NCBI GenBank assembly: GCA_000004985.1
Contig: GG739307.1
Length of the DNA stretch: 35,319 bases
From: Naegleria gruberi
Taxonomy: Eukaryota
Strand: one strand, 5' to 3'
The notes beneath the pieces are model-generated. The model saw only the letters and a list, made by a program, of their open reading frames with translations, did not search any database and was not told the DNA's origin. Positions 34,721-35,319 of this stretch are shown piece by piece (the stretch's first letter is position 1; every line of letters starts with the position of its first letter). A program made the position numbers and the translations under genes.

Positions 34721-34941
34721 GATCCAATTAATTTTCCAACTTCCCTCTGTTTCCAATTCCTCTCTTCATACTGACCTCATTACACATTTGACTTCATTCT
34801 TTGGTCATTCTCAACAATAGACAACTGGCATTTCCCTTAATGTAGTACTCATCCAATTCTCGATTGATCCAATTTTTTGTAAAATATTGAACAAAATATC
34901 TTTAAAAAAAATATCAAAAAGAACTTGCTAAAATGGCGTGA

Positions 34942-35084
34942 TTAAGTTGTTATATTGCCATCGTGTTTGTGATTATTCAATTGGTGATGGAATTGTTCAT
35001 GAAGAAGGATTCCGAGCACGCGGATGATCATCGTAACGATGACAAATATCAAGTTAAAGATGGTAGTGAATGTGAGGGCGGAAC
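34942..35084 (-). CDS. Probable terminal coding exon (with stop) of a small membrane protein: C-terminal TM helix plus His-rich tail
   Basis: Minus strand reads ctctatctttgtcag|GTTCCGCC…, a textbook polypyrimidine-CAG acceptor (AG complementary to + 35085..35086). The exon begins at 35084 in phase 2 ('gt' completes a split codon). It then gives 46 codons, (G/S/C/R)SALTFTTIFNLIFVIVTMIIRVLGILLHEQFHHQLNNHKHDGNITT, ending in TAA (+ 34944..34942). A ~25-residue hydrophobic stretch is followed by a hydrophilic His-rich tail. Codon choice is strongly C-ending (TTC, ATC, ACC, AAC, GTC, CGC, CTC, CAC), as in well-expressed nematode genes. No database check was possible. Confidence 0.42.
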
Positions 35085-35319
35085 CTGACAAAGATAGAGC
35101 AAGGTTTATTTAATATTAATATGTATATTATGTATTGTTGCATATCTACTCCAAAGTTGTGTTATCTATTAGAATGTAGAGTTTCATAATTTTTGTATAT
35201 TTAATATTTAATATTTGATGATGAATGATAATTGTTTAATAATAATAATTAGATTTTGTAATAGGCTGAGGACAATGTAACAATATGTAATATCAATCTC
35301 CTTGCTCGTTAACTTATAC
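35085..35319 (-). other. Intron (3' part, minus strand) upstream of the terminal exon; extends beyond window end
   Basis: Region is very AT-rich, has stops in all minus frames and simple AT repeats (ttaatatttaatattt, aataataataatt). It ends in the acceptor tctatctttgtcag. The far end (minus strand gtataagtt at 35319..35311) is donor-like, but the window stops there. Confidence 0.4.

Noticed and set aside
1-35319. Any 'novel system' (defence island, CRISPR array, mobile element, tandem repeat array) in this window
   Set aside because: The 1.9 kb of readable sequence shows only two partial protein-coding gene fragments, introns and UTR-like DNA. There are no repeats with spacer structure, no transposase or integrase remnants and no inverted terminal repeats. 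Claiming more would be invention; the gap content is unknown.

Overview
About 94.6% of this window is an uninterrupted N-run (1041..34454, 33,414 nt), so only two short flanks can be read: 1..1040 and 34455..35319, about 1.9 kb in total. Both flanks are AT-rich eukaryotic nuclear DNA, roughly one-third GC by eye. They contain GT-AG style splice-site consensus motifs (GTAAGT/GTGAGA donors and polypyrimidine-CAG acceptors such as ctctatctttgtcag and ttttcag). The codon usage (TTC/ATC/ACC/CGC/GGA) is reminiscent of nematodes. There is no sign of prokaryotic organisation.

The left flank carries, on the minus strand, an open 188-codon frame that runs off the window start. Its core (1..343) translates to a clear SCP2 sterol-carrier/non-specific lipid-transfer fold (…DWDIRCSEDNWKHYMVKGMGMSQLASGYAMGWLKFIKGDYF…).

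The right flank carries, on the minus strand, a probable terminal coding exon (35084..34942). It is preceded by a canonical acceptor and a 235+ nt AT-rich intron. It encodes a C-terminal transmembrane helix followed by a His-rich tail.

The two >11,000-aa ORFs in the supplied track are artefacts of translating N as X. No hidden biological system can be supported from what is visible; anything inside the gap cannot be assessed.
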